From Nitrosopumilus sp. (GTDB lineage: Archaea; Thermoproteota; Nitrososphaeria; Nitrososphaerales; Nitrosopumilaceae), in the NCBI GenBank assembly GCA_965218695.1, contig OZ244651.1, forward strand, positions 2,232,337 through 2,296,336: a stretch of 64,000 nt of DNA, read 5' to 3'. Numbering within the stretch: position 1 is the first letter of the stretch; each line of letters opens with the position of its first letter. The position numbers and the translations under genes were made by a program. Positions 54,897-64,000 of the stretch are shown piece after piece. The notes under the pieces were generated by a model. The model was given only the letters and a program-made list of their open reading frames with translations. It did not search any database and was not told the origin of the DNA.

Positions 54897-56730
54897 GGCA
54901 GACCCGGATGTCGTCAGACGACTTCAGGCCGGTGATCTTGTGGGCAGTCTCAGAGCGGCGCGGTATCTTTATCTGTCCCCGCCTGCCTATCCGCACAGGT
55001 CCCAGGGATTCATCGCCTGCATAGAGGTCTGCATGCATCGAGGCGTACCTCTTGCTGACAGTCAGGAATACTGCACCCCGCGACTCCGAGAAGGCGAACG
55101 GAAGGTCGCCGGACTCTGTAGCAGCAGCAGCATCATCATCATCCCCGGACTCCCTCTTGACGATATCAACATGGATGTTGAGGATCTTTTGAATCGACTC
55201 GATGTTGGAGCCGCCGCGGCCGATGATTGACCTGATGGACCGCTCATCCACTGACACCCTTGCCCTGTTCTCAGATACCAGTTCCACCTGCACGCCCGGA
55301 TCATACATTCGAAAGGTGTCCTTGATCCTCTCTTCTGCAAGCTTTTGGAGGCCCGCCTTCTGGGACTTGCCTGCAACCGGCACGATTACGTTCTCCTCGC
55401 CAAACGTATAGATCTCGTGCTCAAGCGTGTTGTCATCAAAGTCCCGTACCTCTATTACCGGCCTTGCCAGATCAGACTCGGTCATCCCCGAGGGGACCTT
55501 CACCTTCAGCTCCAGGTCGTAGACCTTTTTGATTCTGCCGTCCATCACAAAGATTACAGTATCCAAAACGTTGGGGATTATTCCAAGTTCGATCTTGCCT
55601 ATGAAGCGCTGGATTGCGTCTAGGGGCGAGTTTGCATGGATCACCCCCACCAGTCCTACCCCGGACATCCTCATGTCTGCAAACGTTCCAAAGTCCTCCC
55701 GCCGCCTTACCTCGTCAAATATGGTATAGTCCGGACGCACGAGCAGCAGGATGTCGGCTGCATTCTCAAAGCTTCCGTCGAGCTTGCCGTACTGGGTTAC
55801 TCCCGAGTCAACCTGCAGATCCCTTGGGGACTCGAATGTCTTGACTATCTTGCCTTGCTGGTGGTAAAAGTTTCCGATGCTCGAGGCAAACGTGCTCTTC
55901 CCGGAACCGGGTGCGCCCGATATCACGATTCCCTCTGCCCTGTCAGTAAGGCGCACCATCAGCTTGTCAGATACCGAATAGTCCTCAAGGGTGAGTCTTG
56001 CTATCGGGTGCACTATTGTTATCTCGATCGATTCTGAAAACGGCGGACGCGTTATGGCTATGCGGTAGTCCAGGTACTGTACGACAGATGCCCCGGTCTT
56101 TGAGATCTCGACTGTGCCGTCGTCTGAGGCGTCAGCCAGGTCCAGTATCTGCGAGGAGATGAGGTTCAGGTACTCTGCAGACAGCGTCTCGTCGCCTATG
56201 ACGGCCAGCAGGAACGCGCCAGGCCGTCCCCTCTTTGCCATGGGCTTCTGGTTCTCCTTGAGGTGCACGCTCATGGTCTCAGAGTCAAAGAACTTTAGGA
56301 ATTCCAGGGTTGTGCTGTGGCCGGCATCCCTCAAAAGGACGGTCCGTATTCCCTGCGCCCGGGCCACCAGGTGCTGGACACGGTCTGACGTGTAGAGTAC
56401 CGCCCCGCTGTCCCTGGCCATGTCTATGACAAGGGCGTCTATTCTTCCCCCGGCGGCAAGCACGATGTCGTCGCCTGAGGGATGATCCCCCCTTGTCGCA
56501 ACCTGCAGGCCGTAGCTGCCGGATATGTCTGCAAGCCTCTGCATCTTCTTGAGCCCCTCAAACCCCTGCTCCCTGTTCATGGACGCCTGGGACTGCAGCT
56601 CGTCGACGACTGCCTGCGGTATGATAATCTCGGAGTTGCGTATGGAGCCGGACTCGATCTGGGCGATGAGCTGGCCGTTGATTATGACGCTTGTGTCTGC
56701 CACTATCTTGGACATTATGCTCATGAGCAC
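54883..56730 (-). CDS. PIN-domain ATPase with C-terminal KH domain (COG1855-type)
   Basis: 615-aa ORF with an N-terminal PIN-like VADTSVIINGQL, the Walker A motif GAPGSGKST, and a KH GxxG motif (IIGRGGSNIE). Confidence 0.8.
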   Translation of the reverse strand: MLMSIMSKIVADTSVIINGQLIAQIESGSIRNSEIIIPQAVVDELQSQASMNREQGFEGLKKMQRLADISGSYGLQVATRGDHPSGDDIVLAAGGRIDALVIDMARDSGAVLYTSDRVQHLVARAQGIRTVLLRDAGHSTTLEFLKFFDSETMSVHLKENQKPMAKRGRPGAFLLAVIGDETLSAEYLNLISSQILDLADASDDGTVEISKTGASVVQYLDYRIAITRPPFSESIEITIVHPIARLTLEDYSVSDKLMVRLTDRAEGIVISGAPGSGKSTFASSIGNFYHQQGKIVKTFESPRDLQVDSGVTQYGKLDGSFENAADILLLVRPDYTIFDEVRRREDFGTFADMRMSGVGLVGVIHANSPLDAIQRFIGKIELGIIPNVLDTVIFVMDGRIKKVYDLELKVKVPSGMTESDLARPVIEVRDFDDNTLEHEIYTFGEENVIVPVAGKSQKAGLQKLAEERIKDTFRMYDPGVQVELVSENRARVSVDERSIRSIIGRGGSNIESIQKILNIHVDIVKRESGDDDDAAAATESGDLPFAFSESRGAVFLTVSKRYASMHADLYAGDESLGPVRIGRRGQIKIPRRSETAHKITGLKSSDDIRVCLRDY

Positions 56731-56899
56731 GGCAGGCGCCCTAAATTACTTTTCTAAGGCCGTCTCGCGAGGGGCCGGGGAGTCATGCCCCCAGAAGGTG
56801 CGCCTGCCGGGCCACTCCCTGGAATGCTTGAAGAAAACAGACCTGTCAGACTAAAATAACTTACACTGTCAGAAAAAACCTCATTCCAGAATACATGCC

Positions 56900-57034
56900 A
56901 TGCAACCAGACAGAAACCACCGGTTCTACAAGGATTGCGCAGAATACTTTGAGTACCTGCGGAAGAAATGCGCCACCGACTACGGCTTTGAGGACGAGTA
57001 TTACTTTACCATGCCTGCCATATCGGGCAGGTGA
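56900..57034 (+). CDS. 44-aa hypothetical mini-protein
   Basis: Hand-translated as MQPDRNHRFYKDCAEYFEYLRKKCATDYGFEDEYYFTMPAISGR. It is below the track cutoff. Confidence 0.3.
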   Translation: MQPDRNHRFYKDCAEYFEYLRKKCATDYGFEDEYYFTMPAISGR

Positions 57035-57071
57035 GCAAAAGACTTACCAGTGCATGCATTCCACGTAGGAT

Positions 57072-58481
57072 ATGAACCAGGACCTACAGGAGATGGCAGA
57101 CAGGGCAGTAAGGTATGCTGCAGACTCTGGTGCCAGGTACTGCGACGCCAGGGCAGAAGAGTACGAGATGGGTGCAGTGCGGATTGAAGACGGCCAGACC
57201 GACCATGCCAACATCACCAGGGACAGCGGCGTCGGGGTGAGGCTGACAGGATCCGGCTCTTGGGGGTTCTTCTCGGTTACGTGCCCGCAGTCATTCGAGC
57301 AGATTAGGCGCGGCATAGACGGCATCCTGGAAAGGTCATCAGGTTCCGGAATAGGCCTGTATCCGGGTACCGCCGCAAAGGCCGGGGTGGTGGACTATCC
57401 GGTCTTGAAGAGGCCGGACATGGAGGAGATGATACGGGTCGGGGTACAGTGCGGCAAGACGATGCTTGGCGTTCCGGGGGTCATAAAGTCGACTGTGGTC
57501 CCGCAGTACTCCAGGTGTTCAAAATACTTTGCAAGCAGCGAGGGTGCAGAGATTCTGCAGAACTTTACCGACGTGACGGTACACATGGCTGCCACCGCAC
57601 ACGATTCCGGACTGACGCAGTCAGTGGATGCGGTCGAGGGCGGAAGGGGAGGAATGGAGATGATTACAGACCATGACAGGGCATACCAGACCGCACAGGA
57701 CATTGCACAAAAGGCATCGCAGCTGACCGGCGCAAGGCCGGCAGCAGAGTCCAAGGCCACGACGGTGGTGATGAATCCGGACTTTGTAGCGCTGCTTGCC
57801 CATGAGATATTGGGCCACCCTTCAGAGGCCGACAGGGTGCTTGGAAGGGAGATGGCATGGGCCGGCGGCGCATGGTGGAAGGGCATGACGGGCCAGAGGA
57901 TCGGCTCAGAGGAGCTCAACGTGTTTGATGATCCCACCATCAGCGGAAGCCTGGGATGGTACCGGTTTGACGACGAGGGGGTCAGGACAGAGAGGACTCC
58001 CCTCGTGCAGGACGGGGTCCTGACAGGCCACATGCAGAGCAGGGAGACGGGGAGCGTCTTTGGCACAAGGCCGACGGGAAACATGAGGGCTGCAGACTAC
58101 AGGCACATGCCGCTCATCCGCATGGCCTGCACCTGCATCGGGGGCGGCACCCAGAGCCCAGAGGAGATAATAAGAGGAGTCAAAAGCGGATACCTGATAT
58201 CGAACATGAAGGTGCCGTCAATCGACATGAGGCGGCACAACTGGAGCATCTCGTGCCAGTATGCGCACAGGATAGAGGACGGCGTCATAACGGACCTGTG
58301 CAGGGACGTGATAGTGGTGGGGAATGCGCCGGAGTTCTTCAAGTCGATTGATGCGTGCGGGAGTGACTTTGCCGTAAGGCCGATCACCAACTGCGGCAAG
58401 GGCGATCCGATGCAGGCTATGGGGATGGGAAACGGCGGCCCCACGATCCGGGGAACGGCGACAGTCAGGAGTGCAGGCTAG
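57072..58481 (+). CDS. tldD: TldD-family metallopeptidase
   Basis: 469-aa ORF with the HExxxH motif in LAHEILGHPSEADR. Confidence 0.85.
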   Translation: MNQDLQEMADRAVRYAADSGARYCDARAEEYEMGAVRIEDGQTDHANITRDSGVGVRLTGSGSWGFFSVTCPQSFEQIRRGIDGILERSSGSGIGLYPGTAAKAGVVDYPVLKRPDMEEMIRVGVQCGKTMLGVPGVIKSTVVPQYSRCSKYFASSEGAEILQNFTDVTVHMAATAHDSGLTQSVDAVEGGRGGMEMITDHDRAYQTAQDIAQKASQLTGARPAAESKATTVVMNPDFVALLAHEILGHPSEADRVLGREMAWAGGAWWKGMTGQRIGSEELNVFDDPTISGSLGWYRFDDEGVRTERTPLVQDGVLTGHMQSRETGSVFGTRPTGNMRAADYRHMPLIRMACTCIGGGTQSPEEIIRGVKSGYLISNMKVPSIDMRRHNWSISCQYAHRIEDGVITDLCRDVIVVGNAPEFFKSIDACGSDFAVRPITNCGKGDPMQAMGMGNGGPTIRGTATVRSAG

Positions 58482-59072
58482 ATGGACAGGCTGGAGATCC
58501 TAAGGCAGGAGGTGGTATCCTGTACAGGATGCAAGCTTCACAAGACCAGGATCCGCGCAGTCCCGGGCGTCGGGAATCCTGCATCAGATGTCATATTTAT
58601 CGGGGAGGCCCCCGGGAGGACAGAGGACATGAGAGGCCAGCCGTTTGTCGGGGCCGCAGGCCAGAGGCTCTCCCAAGCACTGGAGGCTGCAGGAACGTCA
58701 AGGGACGCAGTATACATTACAAACGTTGTAAAGTGCAGGCCGCCGGACAACAGGGTTCCGGATGCCGCAGAGAGGGAGGCGTGCAGGAGGCACCTTGACG
58801 AGGAGATGCAGGCAATAAGGCCGAGGATAGTCTGCATCATGGGCAATACCGCGTTTGGCTCCATACTGGGCAGGACCGGCATAGGCAAGGTCAGAGGCAA
58901 GATGTGCAGAATGGGTGATCAGCTGTACTTTCTCACCGTGCATCCGGCAGCCACCCTGTACAAGCAGGAACTGGTCGGCGTGCTGAACGGGGACATTGCA
59001 AGGCTCTTTGAGATAGTCAAGGATATGAGGAGGGGCATAGATGTCAGGGCGGACATTGAATATCCTTCCTAG
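58482..59072 (+). CDS. udg: uracil-DNA glycosylase, family 4
   Basis: 196-aa ORF with CTGCKLH and IGEAPGRTEDMRGQPFVGAAGQRL. It starts at the base after the tldD stop. Confidence 0.88.
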   Translation: MDRLEILRQEVVSCTGCKLHKTRIRAVPGVGNPASDVIFIGEAPGRTEDMRGQPFVGAAGQRLSQALEAAGTSRDAVYITNVVKCRPPDNRVPDAAEREACRRHLDEEMQAIRPRIVCIMGNTAFGSILGRTGIGKVRGKMCRMGDQLYFLTVHPAATLYKQELVGVLNGDIARLFEIVKDMRRGIDVRADIEYPS

Positions 59073-59610
59073 GGAGTTTTACATGCAGGGTACGGTCCTG
59101 GCCGCAAGAAGCCTTCTGGGAAAGAGGCTGGTCAGGAGGACAGGCGGCGGCGAGATCTCAGGAATCATCACGGAGACTGAAGCCTACGGGCACGCAGATG
59201 ATCCGGCAAGCCATGCATTCAGGGGCGCCACCGAGAGGAACAGGGTGATGTTCGGAGAGGTTGGCACGGCATATGTCTACTTTACGTATGGAATGCACTT
59301 TTGCTTTAACGTGGTGGCAAGGGACGGGGCGGCCAAGGCAGGCGCGGTCCTCATCCGCGCAATCAGGCCCGAGAGTGGCATGGAGATAATGCTTCAGAAC
59401 AGAAGGGTCCGCGATGTAAGGATTCTTTCAGACGGGCCTGCAAAGCTGACGCAGGCGCTGTGCATCACACGGGAACACTCCGGGATCGACCTGACAGCAG
59501 GCCCCCTCCTGTTCATTGCAGAGGGCATCAGGGCAGACAGGATTGCAGCCTCGCCGCGCGTGGGGATCAGAAAGGCGACAGACAGGCTCTGGAACTTTAA
59601 GATGGGCTAG
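59041..59610 (+). CDS. DNA-3-methyladenine glycosylase (AAG/Mpg family)
   Basis: 189-aa ORF with LPREFY...ARSLLGKRLV...ITETEAYGHADDPASHAF...YFTYGMHFCFNVV. It overlaps the udg 3' end by 32 nt. Confidence 0.85.
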   Translation: MSGRTLNILPREFYMQGTVLAARSLLGKRLVRRTGGGEISGIITETEAYGHADDPASHAFRGATERNRVMFGEVGTAYVYFTYGMHFCFNVVARDGAAKAGAVLIRAIRPESGMEIMLQNRRVRDVRILSDGPAKLTQALCITREHSGIDLTAGPLLFIAEGIRADRIAASPRVGIRKATDRLWNFKMG

Positions 59611-60245
59611 TTGCGATCATCGGCATCATCATCAAGAGTCCACGGGGCGACCCTCCCAAGGATTCTATGCCAGTCCAGCTTTAGGAGCAGTATTACGACT
59701 GCGCTCATCGAGGCACCAAATATTATGATGCCGATGTATACTGGTGTTGCGTCGTTGACGTTTGCCAGGAACGGCTCTGCAAGGGACAGGCCGAGGTGGT
59801 GGGATACAAACACGATGACATAACTCAGGACAATCTTTCCTGTAAGGGTAGCCACAAAGAAGCGTACAGGGTTGTACCGGGCAAGTCCCAGCGGGACGTA
59901 TACCAGATCGTCAGGGATGGGCGTGGCTGCTGCAAAGAATGCAGCCCCCGCACCATACCTCTTGACCAGCCTCTCAAACGGCCGCATCCGGTGCCTGGTA
60001 TTTTCGTTGATTATTCGCCGTCCCCCGTAGCTTGCATAGAAGATTATCTGCTTTGCAGCAGTGGCAGTAACAGCAGAGAGTATCGCCAGGACGTGCAGGT
60101 CGTACTGGTCGCCCACCGACATGGTCGCAAGCAGCAGGAATCCGGGCAGCGGGACAAACGGGACAAGCGAGCCGATAAAGTTTACAAGCCCGAGACTCAG
60201 ATAGCCGACCTCGGGGGCAAACGGGAACAGATCGACAAGGTCCAC
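59607..60245 (-). CDS. DedA/VTT-domain membrane protein
   Basis: 212-aa polytopic ORF with ...FAAATPIPDDLVYVPLGLARY... Confidence 0.7.
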   Translation of the reverse strand: MDLVDLFPFAPEVGYLSLGLVNFIGSLVPFVPLPGFLLLATMSVGDQYDLHVLAILSAVTATAAKQIIFYASYGGRRIINENTRHRMRPFERLVKRYGAGAAFFAAATPIPDDLVYVPLGLARYNPVRFFVATLTGKIVLSYVIVFVSHHLGLSLAEPFLANVNDATPVYIGIIIFGASMSAVVILLLKLDWHRILGRVAPWTLDDDADDRN

Positions 60246-60546
60246 AATCAGATCTCTTTCATGTGTTAATTAAAAGACTCTATGTGCAGGTGTTCTGCAA
60301 AGGCTGCAGATGGCCGAATGCCTCTCCCGGCTGACGCTGCGTGCAGGTGTCATGAGCCTCCCTCCTCCCCCTAGAGAGCGTCTGCCGGACAGTCCCGGAT
60401 GCGGCCATGGCCTGCTTTGGGGGCAGTACCGCGCCGTCATGCACGGTTCTGATCTGCATGCACTGCCAAAGGCGATCTGGCATATCATCCAGGACAGCAT
60501 GGGCAAGGGAAGCACTTTTTACCATATGCCATTTTTGCAAGAAACC

Positions 60547-60918
60547 ATGAGGATACTTGCAGTGGATGACGATCCGGACATCACACAGATGTTGGAAATG
60601 ATCGTCAAGTCCCTTGGGCACGAGTTTGACTCGGCATACGGAGGCAGGGAGGGTTTTGAGAAGATCCGCAATGGGGCGTATGACCTGGTATTCCTGGATC
60701 TCTCGATGCCGGACTTTATGGGATCGGACGTGGTAGAGACCTTGATCGAGCATGACCTGATGAACCGACAAAAGATAGTACTGTTTACGGCCTTTTATCT
60801 CGGAACGGGGCATCTGGAGAGGGAACTACAAAAAAAGGGCATCCACTCAGTCATGACAAAGCCTGCCGACATAGACCAGATCATAGACAAGATAAACGAG
60901 GTAGGGAAAGGGGCATAG
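60547..60918 (+). CDS. CheY-like response-regulator receiver protein (stand-alone)
   Basis: MRILAVDDDPDI...DLVFLDLSMPDFMG...MTKP. The track ORF starts at 60310, but the receiver fold begins at ATG 60547. Confidence 0.8.
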   Translation: MRILAVDDDPDITQMLEMIVKSLGHEFDSAYGGREGFEKIRNGAYDLVFLDLSMPDFMGSDVVETLIEHDLMNRQKIVLFTAFYLGTGHLERELQKKGIHSVMTKPADIDQIIDKINEVGKGA

Positions 60919-60930
60919 CCGCCGTTTGAG

Positions 60931-60951
60931 GTGGTGGTGGTGGTGGTGGTG
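60931..60951. repeat. (GTG)7 microsatellite
   Basis: Seen directly, 13 nt downstream of the receiver gene stop. Confidence 0.95.
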
Positions 60952-61185
60952 GCCGGACACGGGTCATGCATGGCCGCCTCGTGCGTTGCACCATACGAAT
61001 TCGGTCTGGACACTAAAAGAACGGACGCATCTGTTCACAATACCGGTGGTCAGGCCAGGTTTTTGCGTGTCCCGGAGATCACCGGAACCGCGCCAAAGCG
61101 GTATGATCTTGAGGCATTTTCGGCAACATCTGCAGACCCGTCTCCTTGGATAAGGATTAAAATATTATGCCCTGATGGGAATGGT

Positions 61186-61563
61186 ATGATAGGGCAGACC
61201 TTTGATGGCATCTGCAGCGAGATAGCTACATTCAGCCCGTACATCAGGTTTGTGGGCGTCATAGACGGGGATGGCCATCTTTTGGCGTACAGGAGGAGGT
61301 CGAACATGGTGCCGCTGCTGAACCAGCAGAATACCACGCGCCAGTTTACGCACATTGCCGTAAAGACGGGCATGGAAAAGTCCTTTGACACGAGTCTTGG
61401 AGAGGTGGAGTTTGTCTGGGAGGAGAGAAGAAGGGTTCAGACTATCTCCTTTGGGGTAGGATCCTTGAGGGTGTGGCTGTCAATTGACAAGAAGGTAATC
61501 AGATCAGAGGTGCTCAGAATCATCGACTCCTGCCTGCCAATAGTAAGAAAGTTTTCAGAATAG
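61186..61563 (+). CDS. hypothetical protein (about 125 aa)
   Basis: MIGQTFDGICSEIATFSPYIRFVGVIDGDGHLLAYRR... begins at ATG 61186, about 20-25 nt after the TATA-like TTAAAATATT (61157-61166). The longer track ORF starts inside the microsatellite. Confidence 0.5.
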   Translation: MIGQTFDGICSEIATFSPYIRFVGVIDGDGHLLAYRRRSNMVPLLNQQNTTRQFTHIAVKTGMEKSFDTSLGEVEFVWEERRRVQTISFGVGSLRVWLSIDKKVIRSEVLRIIDSCLPIVRKFSE

Positions 61564-61620
61564 TCCTGCTGCAGGATCATCCCCCGTATATCATGCACCG
61601 GGCATCACGGATATGCGGAT

Positions 61621-62592
61621 TTATTCTGCAGCAGGGCTCTTCTCTTCAAGCCAGCAGCGCACGTATCCGGTACCGGTCTTGAACTTTGGCGGAACCTCCT
61701 TGCATTTTTCAACTGCCAGGGGGCACCTGTCAATGAACCTGCACATGGTGGGGGCATCAAGCAGGCTCGGGGGTATTCCGGGGATTGATTTTGGCCTGTC
61801 GCCCCTCAGCCTCGGAATCGACTGCAGCAGCCCCTGCGTGTACGGGTGTCTTGGGTTATTGTAGACCTCTTCTGAGGTGCCAAACTCTACAATGTGCCCG
61901 CCGTACATCACTGCAACCTTGTCTGCAATCTCGGAGAGGACTGCCAGGTCATGCGTGATGAGTATGAACGAGACGCCCTGTTTCTTTAGGGATTTTAGCA
62001 GGTTGACTATCTGGGCCTGAATCAGGACGTCAAGGGCGGTGGTAGGCTCGTCGGCAATCACTATGCTCGGCTTGAGCAGCAGGGCCATTGCAATGACTAC
62101 GCGCTGCTTCATTCCGCCGCTAAGCTCGTGCGGGTACTTGCGGAGGACGGCCGGGTCAAGGCGGACGGACTGGACTGCATCAGATATTGCGCCGTCAAAG
62201 TCGCCTTCGAACCTGTGCCGCTGCAGGATCTCTATGAACTGATCCCGGATCGTAAAGACCGGATCCAAGGAGTTCATTGCGCCCTGGAACATCATGGAGA
62301 TCTTCTTCCACCTGTACCCAGAATCAAACGCAGACTCCTCCATGTCCAGAAGCGAGCGTCCGTCGAGGGTTATCCTGCCCTGCACCGTTCCGCCCGAGAT
62401 CATCCGGATTACCGACAGGCCCAGCGTGCTCTTTCCGCATGCGCTCTCGCCTGCGATTCCCATCGACTCCCCGTCGTGCAGATCAAAGTCTGCATCATCT
62501 ACTGCATATACCGGGCCTCCGGACGTGGCATACGTTACGCAGAGTCCGCGGGCATCTAGCAGTGCCATGTCCTCAGATCCAAGTTGTAGCAT
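61621..62592 (-). CDS. ABC-transporter ATP-binding protein, oligopeptide/dipeptide (OppD/DppD) type
   Basis: 323-aa ORF with Walker A GESACGKST, signature LSGGMKQRV, Walker B IVIADEPTTALD, and the C-terminal NPRHPYTQGLLQSIP. Confidence 0.9.
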   Translation of the reverse strand: MLQLGSEDMALLDARGLCVTYATSGGPVYAVDDADFDLHDGESMGIAGESACGKSTLGLSVIRMISGGTVQGRITLDGRSLLDMEESAFDSGYRWKKISMMFQGAMNSLDPVFTIRDQFIEILQRHRFEGDFDGAISDAVQSVRLDPAVLRKYPHELSGGMKQRVVIAMALLLKPSIVIADEPTTALDVLIQAQIVNLLKSLKKQGVSFILITHDLAVLSEIADKVAVMYGGHIVEFGTSEEVYNNPRHPYTQGLLQSIPRLRGDRPKSIPGIPPSLLDAPTMCRFIDRCPLAVEKCKEVPPKFKTGTGYVRCWLEEKSPAAE

Positions 62593-62713
62593 CTGCCTTC
62601 ATTAAGGGATATAAACAACACCGTCAGAGACTGATTGGATTGGAACATTTAGCATGCATGGAGGAGTGGTCTGCAGCGTACCCGGTACCGGGACGCCTCG
62701 GGGGCGGCAGGCC

Positions 62714-64000
62714 ATGACGTTTGTCAAGACGCACGACATAGCAGATATCGGCGCAGGGATGATCGGGGAGCGCGTGGTCCTCGGGGGCTGGGTCGAGGAT
62801 CTTAGGAAGATGGGCAAGATGTCATTCATCACGCTCCGGGACGTGTCGGGAATATCCCAGGTGATCGTAAAGGGGGAGACAAACGAGGGCATGGGAGAGA
62901 TCAACAGGCAGAGCACAGTCAGGGTGAGCGGAACGGTCCAGGAGACAAGGGCCAGGGACTATTCGTTTGAGATTAATGCAGATGCCGTGGAGGTGCTGGG
63001 AAGGGCCGTCCATCCGCTTCCGGTCGACCCGATTGGCAGGCTGGAGAGCAACATCGATACTAGGCTGAACCATCGCGCCCTGGACATGAGAAACCAAAAG
63101 ACTGCATCAATATTCAAGATGAGGCACCACGTGCTGCAGTCCCTGCGCAGCACCCTGACACAAAAAAAATTCATAGAGATAACGACGCCCAAGATCATCG
63201 GCAGCGCAAGCGAAGGGGGCGCCAACCTGTTCTCGCTGGAATACTTTGGAAAGACGGCATACCTGGCACAAAGCCCGCAGCTGTACAAGGAGCAGATGAC
63301 CATCGGGCTGGAGAGGGTCTTTGAGATATCAAACTTTTACCGTGCAGAAAACTCCCACACGGGCAGGCACCTGAGCGAGTTTACCAGCATAGACATAGAG
63401 GCAGCATTCATGGACTATGACGATGTCATGGACGTGCTGGAGGGCCTGGTGACTGCAGTGTACAAGTCTGCATCAGAGAACTGCAGGGCAGAGCAGGAGG
63501 CCATCGGGAATACCATCAGCGTCCCAAAATCTCCGTTTGAGAGGATCACGTACGGGCAGTGCGTCGAGGAGCTCCGCGTGGAGGATCAGAAGGTGGAGTT
63601 TGGAGACGACCTGCTGGATTCGCATCTGAGAATAATAGGAAAGAGGCATCCGGGATTCTTCTTTTTGACGGACTGGCCGATACGGCTCAAGCCGTTTTAC
63701 ATCATGGAGAAGGACGAGGATGCCACCGTCTCCCGCTCCTTTGACCTGCAGTACGGGTACCTGGAGCTGTCGTCCGGAGGCACGAGGCTTCACGATCCCG
63801 AGGTGCTAAAGGGCAGGCTGAAGGAGCAGGGGCTTGACCCGGCCCAGTTTACAGACCACCTCAAGGCCTTTGACTGGGGGATGCCGCCGCATTCCGGATG
63901 GGGGATGGGGCTGGACAGGCTGATGGCCACCATAATCGGGGTGGACAACGTCCGCGAGGTCGTGCTGTATCCGAGGGATCCGGACAGGCTCAGGCCGTAA
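62714..64000 (+). CDS. aspS: aspartyl-tRNA synthetase (archaeal type)
   Basis: MTFVKTHDIADI... (ATG at 62714) with the class-II motifs FYRAENSHTGRHLSEFTSIDIE and GWGMGLDRLMATIIG. The stop TAA occupies the last three bases of the window. Confidence 0.9.
   Translation: MTFVKTHDIADIGAGMIGERVVLGGWVEDLRKMGKMSFITLRDVSGISQVIVKGETNEGMGEINRQSTVRVSGTVQETRARDYSFEINADAVEVLGRAVHPLPVDPIGRLESNIDTRLNHRALDMRNQKTASIFKMRHHVLQSLRSTLTQKKFIEITTPKIIGSASEGGANLFSLEYFGKTAYLAQSPQLYKEQMTIGLERVFEISNFYRAENSHTGRHLSEFTSIDIEAAFMDYDDVMDVLEGLVTAVYKSASENCRAEQEAIGNTISVPKSPFERITYGQCVEELRVEDQKVEFGDDLLDSHLRIIGKRHPGFFFLTDWPIRLKPFYIMEKDEDATVSRSFDLQYGYLELSSGGTRLHDPEVLKGRLKEQGLDPAQFTDHLKAFDWGMPPHSGWGMGLDRLMATIIGVDNVREVVLYPRDPDRLRP

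Noticed and set aside
1-64000. Looked for rRNA genes, a reverse transcriptase (retron, DGR, group II intron), toxin-antitoxin pairs, cas genes and restriction-modification methyltransferases
   Set aside because: I could recognise none of these in any of the six frames or in the non-coding regions.

Overview
A 64-kb stretch of a moderately GC-rich archaeal chromosome. The gene content is TBP, archaeal type-2 MetAP, Tsr3, a PAC2-like chaperone, a DUF1512-like protein and cofG/cofH for F420. Several genes have a TATA-like box about 25-30 nt upstream of the start. Together this fits a thaumarchaeon (Nitrososphaerota), possibly a Cenarchaeum-like symbiont; that assignment is inference only. The housekeeping backbone is purM, an SRPBCC/GT2 pair, HtrA, cofG-cofH-pmbA, a wHTH regulator, PAC2, a tRNA-binding protein, tbp, a DUF1512-like gene, map, tRNA-Pro(UGG), tsr3, a secretome cluster (Ig-repeat protein, coiled-coil anchor protein, 1370-aa S8 protease, 825-aa family-5 solute-binding protein), DUF192, a DtxR-like repressor, a PIN-ATPase-KH protein, tldD-udg-AAG glycosylase, DedA, a CheY-like receiver, an OppD-like ATPase and aspS. 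Mobile DNA is everywhere in this backbone. From the coordinates below I estimate that roughly a quarter of the window is mobile. There are ten intact-looking transposase genes: PIF/Harbinger-like, IS630 x2, IS5/IS4-type x2, ISH8-like IS4, IS110, IS66 x2 and IS481-like. There is also an IS1595 relic, a tyrosine integrase, three MITE copies and a 4.2-kb element with 52-bp terminal inverted repeats. For several elements I resolved exact termini and target-site duplications by eye, including two nested insertions. The most interesting loci are (1) the nested TIR element at 23.5-27.8 kb with its IS110-family recombinase and long structured non-coding ends, and (2) the integrase-linked, partly AT-rich island at 30.1-38.0 kb, which carries an orphan 443-aa protein of unknown family. 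I saw no CRISPR array, rRNA gene, reverse transcriptase or recognisable defence operon. All similarity calls come from motif recognition, not from searches.
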